In this document: piece by piece, positions 25,791-34,839 of the stretch | Position numbering within the stretch: position 1 is the first letter of the stretch | How the letters are laid out: each line of letters begins with the position of its first letter | Program-made: the position numbers and the translations under genes | The notes under the pieces: model-generated | What the model was told of the DNA's origin: nothing | Databases searched by the model: none | What the model saw: the letters and a program-made list of their open reading frames with translations, nothing else | Source of the DNA: Myxococcota bacterium | GTDB taxonomy: Bacteria; Myxococcota_A; UBA796; GCA-2862545 | DNA length: 34,839 bases | NCBI GenBank assembly: GCA_039208735.1 | Contig: JBCCQY010000097.1 | Location: 1 to 34,839, forward strand | Direction of reading: 5' to 3'

Positions 25791-28579
25791 CCTTCGGCTT
25801 CGAACGCCCTGATTTGCTCTGGCTGCTTCTCGCCTTGCCCGCGTTCTGGGGATTTGCGTTTCAATCCCGGCGACGGCTTGCGCGAGGGCGTCTACTTCTT
25901 CTCACGGTGGTGCGAAGCCTCTTGGTGGGGGCGGTCGTCCTGGCGCTCGCGGAACTCACGTTGCGCCGTCCGGTCGACGATCTAGCTGTGAGCTTTGTGG
26001 TCGACCGGTCCGCGTCGGTGGGGCCCACCGGGCAAGCGCAGGCGTTGTCGTTCGTCCAATCCGCCGTCTCGACCATGTCGGAGCGCGATGAAGCCGCGGT
26101 CGTGGTGTTTGGGGCAGACGCCCAGGTGGATCGGGATCTTGGGGAAGAGCTGACCGTTCCCACGTTCGAGAGTCGACCCAACCCCAACCAAACCGACATT
26201 GCAGGCGGGCTTCGGTTGGGCACCGCTGTGCTGCCCGCGGATCGGACACGGCGGGTAGTGCTCATCACGGATGGGGAACAGACACGCGGAGATGCCGCGA
26301 CCCAGGCCTTGATCGCGGACGACACCGAACTGTACGTGGTCTCACTCGCGGCCCAGATGGGCGCGGACGTGTGGCTCGACGATGTGCTGGCACCGGCCGA
26401 GGTCGATGAAGGCGGGCCCTTTGACCTGCGCGTGGTGGTGCGGTCCGACGTCGACACGGAAGGGGTCGTCCGCCTCTACAACAACGAACGGTACTTGGGT
26501 CAGCGCGCGCTGAGCTTGAAAGGAGGCGGAGCCACGTCGATGACGGTTTCCCGGCCGGCGGGCGAACCGGGACTGCAGCGGTTTCGCGCCGTGGTGGAGG
26601 TGCCGGAAGGGGTGGATGCTCGCCCCCAAAACAACCAGGGCGTGACGACGGTTCGCATCGCGGGCAAGCCCACGTTGTTGGTCGTGGCGACCGATCTCGC
26701 GGCCTCGGCTCCCCTCGTGCGGGTGTTGCGCGCGCAAGGGCTCGAGGTTGATTCGGTTGACACGACCAATCTTCCGCCAACCTTGTCCGATCTGCGGTCG
26801 TACGCGGGCGTCGTGCTCGTGAACGTGCCGAGCTACGCGGTGGCCCGTCCGACCCAGCAAGCCCTCGAGAGCTACGTACGCGACCTGGGGCGCGGCCTGT
26901 TGATGATCGGAGGAGACACCTCGTTTGGCGTGGGCGGCTGGTTCGCGAGCCCCGTGGAACGAACGTTGCCGGTCCGCATGGACATCAGCGACAAGGCCCA
27001 GCTCCCGCAGCTTGCGATGATCATCGCGCTCGACAAATCGTGCTCAATGGGTGGGTACAGCGGCAGCAGCAAGATCGATCTGGCGAAGGAAGCGGCGCTA
27101 CAGACCGCCGCCCTGCTGTCAGACCGTGACATGCTGGGCCTCTTGTCGTTCGACGCCGCATCGAGTTGGATCAGTCCCCTCGAGCCGATGGCGGGCCGCC
27201 GGGGGGCCTTCGAAAACGACGTGGGGAGCTTGCGGGCAGGGGGGGGCACCGACATCTATCCGGCGGTGAAAACGGCTATCGGTGCGCTGAAAGCAAGCCC
27301 TGCTGCGCTCAAGCACATCATCGTCATCTCGGACGGCATGACGACCCCAGGCGACTACCAAGGCCTCATCTCGCCCGCCCACCGCGACCATGACATCACG
27401 CTCACCGCGGTCACGATCGGTTCGGATGCCGACCAAGGCACGATGCGAGACCTGGCCCAGTGGGGTGGGGGGCAGTCCTATCTGGCCGTCGACAAGTCCT
27501 CGATTCCCGCCATCTTTACGCGGGAGACGTTGCTCGCTCGGCGGTCCTTCCTCGTCGAGGAACCCTTCACCCCACAGATCGCAGGGGTCTCCGATCTGCT
27601 TCAGGGGGTGGAACCTGGCGATGTACCCGTCCTCCAAGGGTACGTGACGACCGAAGCGAAGCCCCGGTCTGTCGTGGCCATGACCACGCAAAGCGACCCT
27701 CCCGCACCTCTGCTGGCGCACTGGCGCTACGGGCTTGGCCGAGCCGTAGCGTTCACCTCGGACGCGGGGCCCCGCTGGAGCCAGGGTTGGGTGGGCACCG
27801 AGTCCTACACCCAGTTTTGGACCCAGGTGGGCCGCTGGCTGGTGAGTGGGGCTGGGGATAAGGGGGTTCAGCTCTCCGCGACCATCGAGGAGGGCCATCT
27901 CGTGGTCAGCGCCGATGCGTTCACCCCCGCTGGAGGGTTCGCCAACTTTCTGACCGGCCAGGCGCGGGTTGTCGCCCCCGACCTCTCGGTGCACAACCTC
28001 GATCTTCGCCAGGTGGGGCCGGGCCGCTACCAAGCGCGTTGGCCTGTCGACCAGGACGGGTCTTGGTTGGTGGGCGTCCAGCTATCAAAGGGCGACCAAG
28101 TGGTCGGCCAGGCGGTGACCGAGGCAGTCCAACCCTACTCGCCCGAGTTCCGCCGCAGCGGCAGTGGACCCGCCGTGCTGCGTGAGCTTGCAGGCCTTGG
28201 CCAAGGTGGGTTCCTGACGGACCCCGCGCGGGTGTTTGAACCGCCCGAGGTGTTGCGAACCGTCCCCTGGCCACTGTGGCCCTGGTTGGTGGGGCTCGCG
28301 GGCGTGTTGCTGTTGGCCGACGTCGCGGTTCGCCGCTTGCAATTGGCTAAGGCGATGGGTGAGACGCTCGCCGCCGTGACGTCGGGGGGCCCCCCACGGT
28401 GGCCCGCTCGCCTGACCGGTCGACGGACCCCTGCCGCTCGGTCCGCGGTGTCGATGACGGAGGAGGGCCCCGAGGAGGTGCCCACAGCACCCGAGCCCCC
28501 ACCGGTACCCGTCGATAGCTATGCGGGGCGGCTGCTCGCAGCGCGCAAGAAGGCGCGCGACAAGCTAGACGTGGACTGA
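25787..28579 (+). CDS. Double-vWA membrane protein with class I glutamine-amidotransferase-like segments
   Basis: ATG overlaps the upstream stop. Two N-terminal TMs, MIDAS DRSAS...TDG and DKSCS...SDG, YVRDLGRGLLMIGGDTSFGVGG, PLLAHWRYGLGRAVAFTSD, YSPE and a C-terminal TM. Confidence 0.88.
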   Translation: MTFGFERPDLLWLLLALPAFWGFAFQSRRRLARGRLLLLTVVRSLLVGAVVLALAELTLRRPVDDLAVSFVVDRSASVGPTGQAQALSFVQSAVSTMSERDEAAVVVFGADAQVDRDLGEELTVPTFESRPNPNQTDIAGGLRLGTAVLPADRTRRVVLITDGEQTRGDAATQALIADDTELYVVSLAAQMGADVWLDDVLAPAEVDEGGPFDLRVVVRSDVDTEGVVRLYNNERYLGQRALSLKGGGATSMTVSRPAGEPGLQRFRAVVEVPEGVDARPQNNQGVTTVRIAGKPTLLVVATDLAASAPLVRVLRAQGLEVDSVDTTNLPPTLSDLRSYAGVVLVNVPSYAVARPTQQALESYVRDLGRGLLMIGGDTSFGVGGWFASPVERTLPVRMDISDKAQLPQLAMIIALDKSCSMGGYSGSSKIDLAKEAALQTAALLSDRDMLGLLSFDAASSWISPLEPMAGRRGAFENDVGSLRAGGGTDIYPAVKTAIGALKASPAALKHIIVISDGMTTPGDYQGLISPAHRDHDITLTAVTIGSDADQGTMRDLAQWGGGQSYLAVDKSSIPAIFTRETLLARRSFLVEEPFTPQIAGVSDLLQGVEPGDVPVLQGYVTTEAKPRSVVAMTTQSDPPAPLLAHWRYGLGRAVAFTSDAGPRWSQGWVGTESYTQFWTQVGRWLVSGAGDKGVQLSATIEEGHLVVSADAFTPAGGFANFLTGQARVVAPDLSVHNLDLRQVGPGRYQARWPVDQDGSWLVGVQLSKGDQVVGQAVTEAVQPYSPEFRRSGSGPAVLRELAGLGQGGFLTDPARVFEPPEVLRTVPWPLWPWLVGLAGVLLLADVAVRRLQLAKAMGETLAAVTSGGPPRWPARLTGRRTPAARSAVSMTEEGPEEVPTAPEPPPVPVDSYAGRLLAARKKARDKLDVD

Positions 28580-29626
28580 TTCGCCCACAAACGAACGTTC
28601 GCAGAGGCACACCCGGTTGCGACCGCCTTCTTTGGCCTCGTACAAGGCCTGGTCGGCAGCTCCGAGGAGCGTGTACGCGGTCGCCTCGGTCGCGCCGCGC
28701 GTGGCCGCCCCGCCCACGCTCACCGTAAGGGGCACGGGCGCCCCGTCTGGCGCGACCAGTTCGATGGCCTGCACCGCGGCGCGCAGCCGTTCCGCCACGT
28801 GGGCCAGGGCGTCGGGTGAACACGGGGCCAGCACCACAAGGAACTCCTCGCCGCCCCATCGACCGGCCACATCGCCAGGTCGCAAGACCCCTTGAATGGC
28901 TCGCGCCACCTGCTCGAGGCTGCGGTCTCCCGTGGGGTGGCCCCAAGTGTCGTTGACCCGCTTGAAGTGATCGATGTCGACCACGAGAAGCGCCAGCCAG
29001 GTGTTCGACTGTTGGCTTGCCGTAAAGGCCTCATCGAGCCAAGCCTGCACGCTCGGTCGATTGGGAAGACGCGTCAGAGCGTCGGTTTGGGCGCGCCGGG
29101 CGAGCGCCCAAGACACCTGCGCCTGCTCATGGCGAGCCTCCAAATCGGTTTGCTCCACCTGTTCGAAGTGACGGCCGGCCGCCACGCTTGCAACGAGAAC
29201 GGCAAGGAGCGGGGCGGTCTGATCGATCGAAAGGGACTCGGGAGACGCTCCACCGATCAACAACCAGGCGGCAAGGGCTCCCCCCCACGTCACGCCTAAG
29301 CCTCCAAACGTGGGCAAGGCGGCTGAAAACAGCGTGACCGTAACGAGTCGACTCTGGCCCGGCGGACTGATGAGCACCAGGCCGAGACCCACGACAATGG
29401 TCGCGAATGAAGTGAGGAACGGACTGATTCGCGGGAGCGGATCTTGTCGGCTCGCGATGACGGCCAGGGTGGTCAACGTCGCCATGGCGGCCACCAGCGC
29501 TGTCGTTGGCCCGGTGGGCTTCGGCGCCCAAGCGAACAAGGCAAGGGTCACGCCGAGGGTGAGCAGCCAACCCGCGCGCCTTAGGCGACGTCGTTGCATG
29601 ATCGGTCGTAGCGGGAATTCCGGCAC
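28565..29626 (-). CDS. Membrane-bound diguanylate cyclase (GGEEF)
   Basis: TDALTRLPNR, DIDHFKRVND, I-site RPGD, RWGGEEF and ALYEAKEGGRN motifs after a hydrophobic N-terminus. GTG 29626 preferred because AGGAGG lies 7 nt upstream. Confidence 0.93.
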   Translation of the reverse strand: MPEFPLRPIMQRRRLRRAGWLLTLGVTLALFAWAPKPTGPTTALVAAMATLTTLAVIASRQDPLPRISPFLTSFATIVVGLGLVLISPPGQSRLVTVTLFSAALPTFGGLGVTWGGALAAWLLIGGASPESLSIDQTAPLLAVLVASVAAGRHFEQVEQTDLEARHEQAQVSWALARRAQTDALTRLPNRPSVQAWLDEAFTASQQSNTWLALLVVDIDHFKRVNDTWGHPTGDRSLEQVARAIQGVLRPGDVAGRWGGEEFLVVLAPCSPDALAHVAERLRAAVQAIELVAPDGAPVPLTVSVGGAATRGATEATAYTLLGAADQALYEAKEGGRNRVCLCERSFVGESVHV

Positions 29627-29733
29627 CGAAACGCCTCCTTCCCGAACGTAGCCGAGGGCGGAGGTCAGCGATCGGATTACCTCTGGTTCCGACACGTGGG
29701 GGCATCGGCATGACGGCAGGGCGAGGGCCCCGA

Positions 29734-32700
29734 ATGATCGACCTTCTCACCCGCTCCGTCTCGGGAGCGATCCTCTTTCGCGAAGCGGCCCGAACGTCGC
29801 GTCGCTGGCAGACTTATGGCGCTCGGACCCTCTTTTCGGGCGTTTTGATCGCAGTGGTCCTTCTGGGCCTTGAGGTCGCGACAGGAGCCTCTCGCAGCGC
29901 GGGCATGGACGCGGCAGATCTCGGCACCGTTGGGCGCACGCTCTTCGTCGTGTTTTGTGTCGTTCAGTTGGGTCTTGCGATGGTGCTCGCACCGCTCACC
30001 ACCTCCGCTGCCATCGTGGAGGAGCGAACCGACCAAACCTTTGACCTGCTTGTTCTCACGCGACTGCAGCCCGGCCAAATTTTTGGCGGCAAGGTTCTAT
30101 CCCGCATTCTCGTTTTGTTGACGGTGGTGTTGGGGGCGATGCCGGTGCTGGCGTTGGTGGTGAATTTCGGTGGCGTCAGCACGACGGAGGTGGTTGCACT
30201 GACCGCCCACACGCTCGTCAACGTGGTGTTGATGGGCCTTTTGGGTGCGTTCTTCGGACTGTTCACCCGCTCGCCTCTGTTGGCGATGATGGCGAGCACC
30301 GCCTACTCGATTCCCTTTTTGGTGCTGCTTCCCCTTGGCTATGCGCTGGTGTCGGGAGGACCCGAGCGCGCAACGCACCTCAGCACGCTTTCGGCCTGGG
30401 TGGCCACCGACCTTTGGTCGCTGCTGCCCATGGTGGGGTTGATTCCCGCCATCGTGGTCATCGGTCGCCTGGCCGCTCCCTTGTTCCAACTACAGGTTTC
30501 GGGGGCGGATTTCGAAGCGTCGCTTTCGGATGAGGTGTGGCAGGTGCGGCGCGGGGTGGTGGGGTTTGTCGTGTGGGTGCTCCTGGCCATCTTCACGTTC
30601 CCCTTCGCAGGTTCCCTGGCCTGGTATGCGGCACAGCCCAGCGTGGTGAGTTGGTCCGACATGACCTCGGTCGTCCTGTACGGCACTGCTCACGTCTGGC
30701 TCTTCGTGATGTTCTCCGCGTTGATGGCGCTCGGCACCTGGGCCTACCTTCGGGTCGCGGTGGATGTGGTGGATGGCATCGATGGCATCTTCACGCGACC
30801 GGTGACGGGCGACCGTCTTGGTCGAGCGGGCTCGCTGGGACGTCATCCGGTGTGGTGGCGTGAGGCGCGCATGCAGGCGTGGGGCAGTTCGGCGGCCCCC
30901 ATCTTGGTGACGTGGGGACTGGTGCTCCTCGCGATTTTTCAGACCGGCGCCTGGCTCGCCCCGGGGGTGCTTCTTGCCATCGGCATTGGCAACACCGCGG
31001 CGGTGTTCGTGCTGACCGGGTGGCTCGCGAGCCGAACGATTGCCGAGGAACGCCGCCGGGGGACCCTTGAAGTCCTGCTCGTGACCACGATTCGCACCCC
31101 TGCCGTGGTGTTCGGCAAGGCGGCGGGGGCCATGTTGCCGACCTTGCCCTTGATGGTGGTGGGGCTGCCCATGATCGCGTTTGGCTTTGCGTACCTCGAG
31201 ACGGTGATCCGATACGATGGAAAGACGTTTTCGTGGGACCCCATCCAGCAAGGCGCCCTGATGTGGGCCTGGGCGGTGCCGGTATGGGGATGCGTGAGTG
31301 TGGCGGCGATGACCGCCGCGGCTCGATTGGCTCAGCCCCGGTCCGCGTTTGGCTTCACCATGGCGGGCTTGGCCGGCATGCTCGGATGGCCGCCTCTCGT
31401 GGGGCGCCTATTCCCGGATCTCCCTGGGTTGGCGCCGTTGGCTCGGTTGGTGGCGCCTCCGCTCGCTGGTGGTGCGACCACCAGTACCCTGTTGCTCTCG
31501 ATGGGGCTGTGGACGATCGTGGGGCTTGTGCTCTACGTCCGTTTGTCGAGGAATCTTCGGGGCTGGATCGGCGCTGTGATCGCGGCGCTGCTGTGCTTGG
31601 GACTCGGGGCCACCACGCCCGCATGGGCCCAACCTTCCGCCCGCGAAATCAAGGCGATGGAGGCCGCGTCAGGGCTGAGAGTGACGGCGGTGCCGATCGC
31701 CGATGGATTGACCCGCGAGGGGCGGTTCACCAATATCCGCGTTCAGGTCGAAAACGTGGGGCCGGCCGTGCGCGGCACCCTGACGTTCGAAGAACCCACG
31801 GTCGACGGGCAACGGCGATTCTCGCGTCCGATCGAAGTGGCGGAAGGGGGACGAAAGCTCGTCGACTTCCCCGTGTTGAGCGGGCCCAACCCCCTGCCGC
31901 GCGCGTTGTGGCTCAACGGGGGTGGAGCGCGTCGGACCGCGGCGGTGGTCAAGTTTGAGCCTATCGATGCGAGAACCGTCGCGATTGGGGTGGTGGGTCT
32001 CGATCCGCTTGGGTTGCCGGCCGCCGTTCCGGACGCCTGGCGTGGAGCGGTGCCCCGTCGGTCGTGGATGCCCGACGATGAGGATCCGGACGACCGGATC
32101 GTGCGTACCGGACTGATGCAGGTGGCCACGTTGCCGTCTACGGCACTCGGCTACGACGTTCTCGATTGGGTGGTCTGGCCCGCCGCGGATCCCAACCAAT
32201 TGACCGCCGAGCAGCTCGACGCATTGCTCGACTGGGTGGCCGACGGGGGCCACCTGCTCATCACCGTCACTGAAACGTGGCGTTCGGTGGCCCAGTCCAA
32301 GCTTGCGGACGCGTTGCCCGTGCACCTGGGGGGGCTCGAAGAGTCCGAGTTGGGACCGCTCGTCGCCAATCTGGGGGGGCGCGCCACCGGCCGGGCCCCC
32401 ACCGCGGTGGGTGAGCTTTGGACAGGTCGGGCGTATGGACGGTCCTTTGATAAGTCCGGACGTCCGCAATGGGCCATCGGTGCCTACGGCGTTGGCTCGG
32501 TCCACGTCCTGCTCGCCGATCCCAACGTCGCGCCGTTGGCGAAGGTCAACCGGCGCAAGCTGTGGCGCACGTTGTTGCACTTGCCCGCTCCTCGGAGCCG
32601 CCAGCTCGATTTGGGTCCACTTTCCGAGCAATGGCCAGGGATGCGGTCGGCGATGCACCTTACGCTCGACCACGCCGGCCACGAATCGACATCGTCGGAC

Positions 32701-33870
32701 TACGACGGTTTTGCTGAGCCAGGCGTTGTCGCGGAGCATGAACGGTGGCTACGCGACCGTTTGTCCGACATCCCAAACCTCGCCCCCCTGCCCGTCGAGT
32801 GGCTCTTGGCGTTGGGGGTGTTCTACCTGTTGTGGATCGGCCCCTTCGACTACTTCATCCTGCGTGCTTTGGGACGTCAAACCTGGACTTGGGTGACATT
32901 CCCTCTCGTCATTGTTCTCTTCGGCACTGCGGCCTTGGTGGGCGCGGCGCGCCTCAAGGGCAGCCAAGCGGTCTTGCTTCGAGTGGAACGCATCGATGTG
33001 CTGCCGGATGCGGGGCGCTTTCGAGGCGACACCTGGTTTGGGCTCTTCTCAACCCGAAAGACGGCGGTGAAGGTCCAAAGTACCTACGCCGATGCCGCGG
33101 TCCTTCCCTTGCGTGAGCGCGGCTTCATGAACGACCTGCGCTTCTTGACCGACGGTGGCCCCGTAGCGCTGGAGTACAACGCCGAAACCTGGACCCTCGG
33201 GTACTCACGAAGCCGGTGGATGACGGAGCAGGCCGGGCAGATCGACGTCGTATGGAACGATGACGGAACCCTCACCGTCTCCAATGGCCTTGATCTCGAC
33301 TTCAAGTCGGCGGTTCTGGTGAGTCCAGACCAGGAACGCTTTCCAATCGAGTTGTTGGACCGGCATTCTTCGCGGGTGCTGAACCCGAGCATGAACATTC
33401 CGGCCCCGGACGTTCCGGATTCAGCGGAGACCATGGCCTTTGATCTGGTCGCCGATCGAGGCGCGCTCGCGACGTTCGACACGTGGTGGTTTTTCGGGAT
33501 GGCCGATGAAGGAGTCGAGCCAGTCACCATCGATGGTCTATGGCCACGAGTGGAGGCCCTGACCGTCGTGCGTCAAGTCATCCGTGACGACCGCAATGTG
33601 GTCGGGGACCGCGCCATGTTTTCGGCCCTCTTCGAGGGAGCCGCCGACCGGGCCCGCTTGGTGTGTCGCGACCAATCAAGTCTCGCAAAAGTGCGCGGGG
33701 GTCAGGCCCGAATTCCAGTTCCGAGCGGGATCGATCCGCGGTCGTCGCCCTGTCTCCTCGAGGTGGGGCGGTCGGACGGGAAATGGTTCTCCGGGGTCGA
33801 GGTGTCGATCGAGGGGCCCAACCGGTGTACGGTGACCGCCCGCGACGTCACGTGTGAGGCCGCGCCATGA
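29734..33870 (+). CDS. Fusion protein: tandem ABC-2-type permease domains plus an exported GATase-like/beta module with further TMs
   Basis: Two permease motifs (AIVEERTDQTFDLLVLT..GK; TIAEERRRGTLEVLLVT..GK), an internal signal-like LGLGATTPAWA-Q, then ALLDWVADGGHL, YGVGSV and a TM pair around IGPFDYFIL. Start 29734 or 29710. Confidence 0.8.
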   Translation: MIDLLTRSVSGAILFREAARTSRRWQTYGARTLFSGVLIAVVLLGLEVATGASRSAGMDAADLGTVGRTLFVVFCVVQLGLAMVLAPLTTSAAIVEERTDQTFDLLVLTRLQPGQIFGGKVLSRILVLLTVVLGAMPVLALVVNFGGVSTTEVVALTAHTLVNVVLMGLLGAFFGLFTRSPLLAMMASTAYSIPFLVLLPLGYALVSGGPERATHLSTLSAWVATDLWSLLPMVGLIPAIVVIGRLAAPLFQLQVSGADFEASLSDEVWQVRRGVVGFVVWVLLAIFTFPFAGSLAWYAAQPSVVSWSDMTSVVLYGTAHVWLFVMFSALMALGTWAYLRVAVDVVDGIDGIFTRPVTGDRLGRAGSLGRHPVWWREARMQAWGSSAAPILVTWGLVLLAIFQTGAWLAPGVLLAIGIGNTAAVFVLTGWLASRTIAEERRRGTLEVLLVTTIRTPAVVFGKAAGAMLPTLPLMVVGLPMIAFGFAYLETVIRYDGKTFSWDPIQQGALMWAWAVPVWGCVSVAAMTAAARLAQPRSAFGFTMAGLAGMLGWPPLVGRLFPDLPGLAPLARLVAPPLAGGATTSTLLLSMGLWTIVGLVLYVRLSRNLRGWIGAVIAALLCLGLGATTPAWAQPSAREIKAMEAASGLRVTAVPIADGLTREGRFTNIRVQVENVGPAVRGTLTFEEPTVDGQRRFSRPIEVAEGGRKLVDFPVLSGPNPLPRALWLNGGGARRTAAVVKFEPIDARTVAIGVVGLDPLGLPAAVPDAWRGAVPRRSWMPDDEDPDDRIVRTGLMQVATLPSTALGYDVLDWVVWPAADPNQLTAEQLDALLDWVADGGHLLITVTETWRSVAQSKLADALPVHLGGLEESELGPLVANLGGRATGRAPTAVGELWTGRAYGRSFDKSGRPQWAIGAYGVGSVHVLLADPNVAPLAKVNRRKLWRTLLHLPAPRSRQLDLGPLSEQWPGMRSAMHLTLDHAGHESTSSDYDGFAEPGVVAEHERWLRDRLSDIPNLAPLPVEWLLALGVFYLLWIGPFDYFILRALGRQTWTWVTFPLVIVLFGTAALVGAARLKGSQAVLLRVERIDVLPDAGRFRGDTWFGLFSTRKTAVKVQSTYADAAVLPLRERGFMNDLRFLTDGGPVALEYNAETWTLGYSRSRWMTEQAGQIDVVWNDDGTLTVSNGLDLDFKSAVLVSPDQERFPIELLDRHSSRVLNPSMNIPAPDVPDSAETMAFDLVADRGALATFDTWWFFGMADEGVEPVTIDGLWPRVEALTVVRQVIRDDRNVVGDRAMFSALFEGAADRARLVCRDQSSLAKVRGGQARIPVPSGIDPRSSPCLLEVGRSDGKWFSGVEVSIEGPNRCTVTARDVTCEAAP

Positions 33871-34793
33871 TCGAGACCCAACAGTTGAAGAAGGCCTACG
33901 GTAGCCACGAAGCCCTCAAAGGAATCGATCTCCAAGTCGAGTCGGGCGACGTGTACGGCTTTATCGGTCCGAACGGAGCGGGAAAGACCACCACGATCCG
34001 CATCTTGACCACCCTGCTTCAACCCACGGAAGGATCCGCGACGATCGATGGGTTGTCCGTCACCGATGATCCGAGTCGAATTCGAGGAATGATTGGGTAT
34101 ATGCCGGATGATTTCGGCGTGTACCAAGACATGACCGTGACCGAGTACCTTCACTTCTTCGCGGCGGCCTATGGCATCGACCGCAGCGGTCGCGACAGCT
34201 TGGTCGGGGGCCTGCTCGAATTGGTGGACCTCTCGGTCAAGGCGGATTCGCTCATCGATGCGCTTTCACGGGGCATGCAGCAGCGGCTTGGGCTCGCTCG
34301 CACCCTCGTCCATGACCCCAAGGTGTTGATTCTCGATGAGCCGGCGAGCGGGCTTGACCCGCGGGCTCGAATCGAGATTCGAGAGATTCTCCGAGAGTTG
34401 CAGCGAATGGGCAAGACGATTCTGCTCTCGAGTCACATCCTGTCCGAGTTGCAGTCGATCTGCACGCGCATCGGCATTCTTGAACAGGGGGAACTGGTGG
34501 CGCAGGGCACCGTGGCCGAGGTGGTCGCCCAAACGCAAGCCCACGCGGACGTTCAGCTGCGGACCACCGATGATCCGCGAGCGGCGGTGGTGGTCCAAGA
34601 GGTGCCGGGAGTGTTGACGTCGAACCACGAAGCAGATGACGATGCCGTAGCGCTTACGGTGGCCCACGACCTCGACCTTGCCGCGATCACGGCCCTCCTG
34701 GCGGACCGAGGAATCCACATTCGTCATCTCGAGCGTCGGGATCCCTCGCTCGAAGACGTATTCATGACCCTGACCCGGGGAGCTGTGTCATGA
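33867..34793 (+). CDS. ABC-2 type transporter ATP-binding protein
   Basis: GPNGAGKTT, GYMPD, LSRGM, LDEPASGLDP, SSHIL and SLEDVF. Coupled to the upstream gene by ATGA. Confidence 0.95.
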   Translation: MIETQQLKKAYGSHEALKGIDLQVESGDVYGFIGPNGAGKTTTIRILTTLLQPTEGSATIDGLSVTDDPSRIRGMIGYMPDDFGVYQDMTVTEYLHFFAAAYGIDRSGRDSLVGGLLELVDLSVKADSLIDALSRGMQQRLGLARTLVHDPKVLILDEPASGLDPRARIEIREILRELQRMGKTILLSSHILSELQSICTRIGILEQGELVAQGTVAEVVAQTQAHADVQLRTTDDPRAAVVVQEVPGVLTSNHEADDDAVALTVAHDLDLAAITALLADRGIHIRHLERRDPSLEDVFMTLTRGAVS

Positions 34794-34839
34794 GCTCGGC
34801 GAGCTACCGTCAATTTCGAATTCTCGATGTCGTCGGGCG
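34790..34839 (+). CDS. Start of the next gene (partial), possibly a Ser/Thr kinase
   Basis: ATG overlaps the ATPase stop. MSSASYRQFRILDVVG resembles the approach to a kinase Gly-rich loop, but only 16 codons are visible. Confidence 0.4.
   Translation, partial: MSSASYRQFRILDVVG

Overview
A GC-rich, very gene-dense bacterial chromosome segment. Hanks-type kinases, many lipoproteins and MopE-like DxDxDG/DCDD motifs suggest a Myxococcota-like organism (inference). Left to right: a sulfotransferase-like gene running off the left edge (absent from the ORF track); a coupled run of two paralogous lipoproteins, a membrane Ser/Thr kinase and an exported membrane protein; a PAS hybrid histidine kinase; a lipoprotein and an alpha/beta hydrolase; a split MacAB-TolC-type efflux locus with tolC inverted; a YbjN/T3SS-chaperone-like exported protein; a ~1319-aa internally duplicated membrane protein; a kinase-STAND-TPR protein; aroC; a MopE-motif/L-domain repeat lipoprotein; psd; and a BatA/vWA + ABC-2 cluster interrupted by a diguanylate cyclase. 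That cluster includes a ~1378-aa fusion of a doubled permease to a GATase-like exported module. I found no rRNA, tRNA, CRISPR array or mobile element. The best candidates for undescribed biology are the vWA/ABC cluster with its fusion, the duplicated giant membrane protein, ultrashort signal peptides, and a recurrent -10-like motif suggesting leaderless mRNAs. All assignments come from motif recognition by eye; no database search was run.
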